DNA from: a virus
Taxonomy: Duplodnaviria; Caudoviricetes
Strand: one strand, 5' to 3'
IMG/VR virus record: IMGVR_UViG_3300011444_000012
Location: 1-58,060 of that record
DNA: 58,060 nt
In this document: one piece after another, positions 57,068-58,060 of the stretch
Numbering within the stretch: the first letter of the stretch is position 1
Layout of the letters: every line of letters starts with the position of its first letter
The notes under the pieces: model-generated
Database searches by the model: none
The model's input: only the letters and a program-made list of their open reading frames with translations
What the model was told of the DNA's origin: nothing
Program-made: the position numbers and the translations under genes

Positions 57068-58060
57068 TGAAAAGCATATTATTAATATTATTTCTGGTTC
57101 TATCATCAATCTGCTATTCACAAGTACGGCAAACATTTGGTGCAGTAGCGGATAACTTGGATAGCCTTGTTACTCATGTAGGTAAGCACAATCAATACGT
57201 ACTTGTATTAGGTAGAGACCATGCTTATGATTCTTTAGGAGGTGTTTATGCTTATGATACTGCTTCAACGGCAACAGTAATACCAAATATTATTTTTAAA
57301 GTAACGGGTAAAGATACGGGCAGGTGGAAAGCTGTTTATTTCTTCAATAGTAGTGCAGCAGAAAGATTTGGTATAGAAGATAATACTGGTATTCAGAATA
57401 GAGATATAGATATGGGTAATTTCTCTCTTTCTGCCCATAATGCAAGTGATATAGTATGGCAAAGTGGTAGTGATGCAAACCCAAGTGCAGGATTTGAAAC
57501 AACCATAGACGGGGATGATCCACCAAACCATGCATCAACAATGTATTCATATAATGCAGGCGGCGATGTTACTCAATTAAGAGTTCATTCAGGCAATATT
57601 ACCATTACCAATGATGCAGGTACATACCCTACTCTAACAAATGCGTATCTACCCGTTTCTGTAAATGGGAATTTCGCAGACAATACTGGTAATATAACAG
57701 TAAGTGGTAGTGGTGGTGGGATAGGGGCGGTTTACGCAGGGACAGGATTAACTAAAGATAATGATAGCACGTTAAGCTTAACTATTCCTGTTGCTATAAG
57801 TAGCGGGGGTACAAATAATGCTTCTATTTCAGTAACAAATCAGAATTTAATAATAGCAGATGGCACTAAATTAATAGGGCTTGTAAAAGGCACAAACGGG
57901 CAACATCTTATAGTTAATGGTTCTGGTAATTTAGCATGGGTAGATACAACGGCGGCAGGTGGTGGTGGAACGGTAACAAGTATTGCAACTACTTCACCAA
58001 TAGCAGGCGGTACAATAACTAATACCGGAACTATATCTTTAGATACAACAACAGCAAGCG
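57067..58060 (+). CDS. Secreted tail-fibre-like protein, 3'-truncated by the window
   Basis: Hand-translated MKSILLILFLVLSSICYS-Q...PVAISSGGTN...GTNGQHL...GTVTSIATTSPIAGGTIT; TAATG overlap; open to the window end. Confidence 0.8.
   Translation, partial: MKSILLILFLVLSSICYSQVRQTFGAVADNLDSLVTHVGKHNQYVLVLGRDHAYDSLGGVYAYDTASTATVIPNIIFKVTGKDTGRWKAVYFFNSSAAERFGIEDNTGIQNRDIDMGNFSLSAHNASDIVWQSGSDANPSAGFETTIDGDDPPNHASTMYSYNAGGDVTQLRVHSGNITITNDAGTYPTLTNAYLPVSVNGNFADNTGNITVSGSGGGIGAVYAGTGLTKDNDSTLSLTIPVAISSGGTNNASISVTNQNLIIADGTKLIGLVKGTNGQHLIVNGSGNLAWVDTTAAGGGGTVTSIATTSPIAGGTITNTGTISLDTTTAS

Larger units (their letters stand above)
1..58060. mobile_element. Bacteroidetes-infecting tailed phage genome segment (podovirus-like, crAss-like structural gene order)
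   Basis: Terminase, portal, scaffold, capsid, tail and ejection-like genes, primase-helicase, exonuclease and RusA. No host housekeeping operons. Bacteroidetes-type promoters. Confidence 0.93.

Noticed and set aside
352-57550. Many short opposite-strand or nested ORFs in the track (e.g. 1649-1903, 10602-10931, 38107-38763, 45180-45620, 56170-56571)
   Set aside because: Shadow ORFs overlapping well-supported genes, with no start context or recognisable motifs
50798-58060. Diversity-generating retroelement acting on fibre genes
   Set aside because: No reverse transcriptase, and no TR/VR pair with adenine-specific differences seen; the PKD repeats are ordinary diverged tandem domains
1-58060. 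Stop-codon reassignment
   Set aside because: Genes are intact and densely packed under the standard code; TAG and TGA both act as stops
1-58060. Prophage boundaries or integrase
   Set aside because: No integrase, att-like repeat or host flanking genes in the window; lifestyle cannot be determined

Overview
The whole window reads as part of a tailed dsDNA phage (podovirus-like, crAss-like gene order) of a Bacteroidetes host. The host is inferred from TTTG-N19-20-TAnnTTTG promoters, A-rich translation starts without Shine-Dalgarno motifs, and signal peptides followed by Gln. Left arm (1-15.4 kb): RusA, a YqaJ/lambda exonuclease, many small early genes, an MT-A70 methylase, a primase-helicase, a DUF1376 protein and a Cro-like protein, plus two non-coding regions that look like small-RNA arrays (4.3-5.6 kb and 13.1-13.7 kb). 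Middle (15.5-24 kb): a large glycosyltransferase/O-methyltransferase cluster interrupted by an HNH endonuclease. Right arm (24-58 kb): two GroES-like genes, tail and ejection proteins (one 2164-aa protein with an ART-like domain), terminase, a second GT25, portal, scaffold and major capsid. It ends with four consecutive fibre/adhesin-like genes that all carry Sec signal peptides and Bacteroidetes O-glycosylation sequons D-[ST]-[AILMVT]. The best candidate for a new system is phage-directed export and glyco-decoration of fibre and envelope proteins. No integrase, DNA polymerase, lysis genes, tRNA or CRISPR array were recognised. The last ORF runs off the window. All family calls come from motif recognition by eye, with no database searches.
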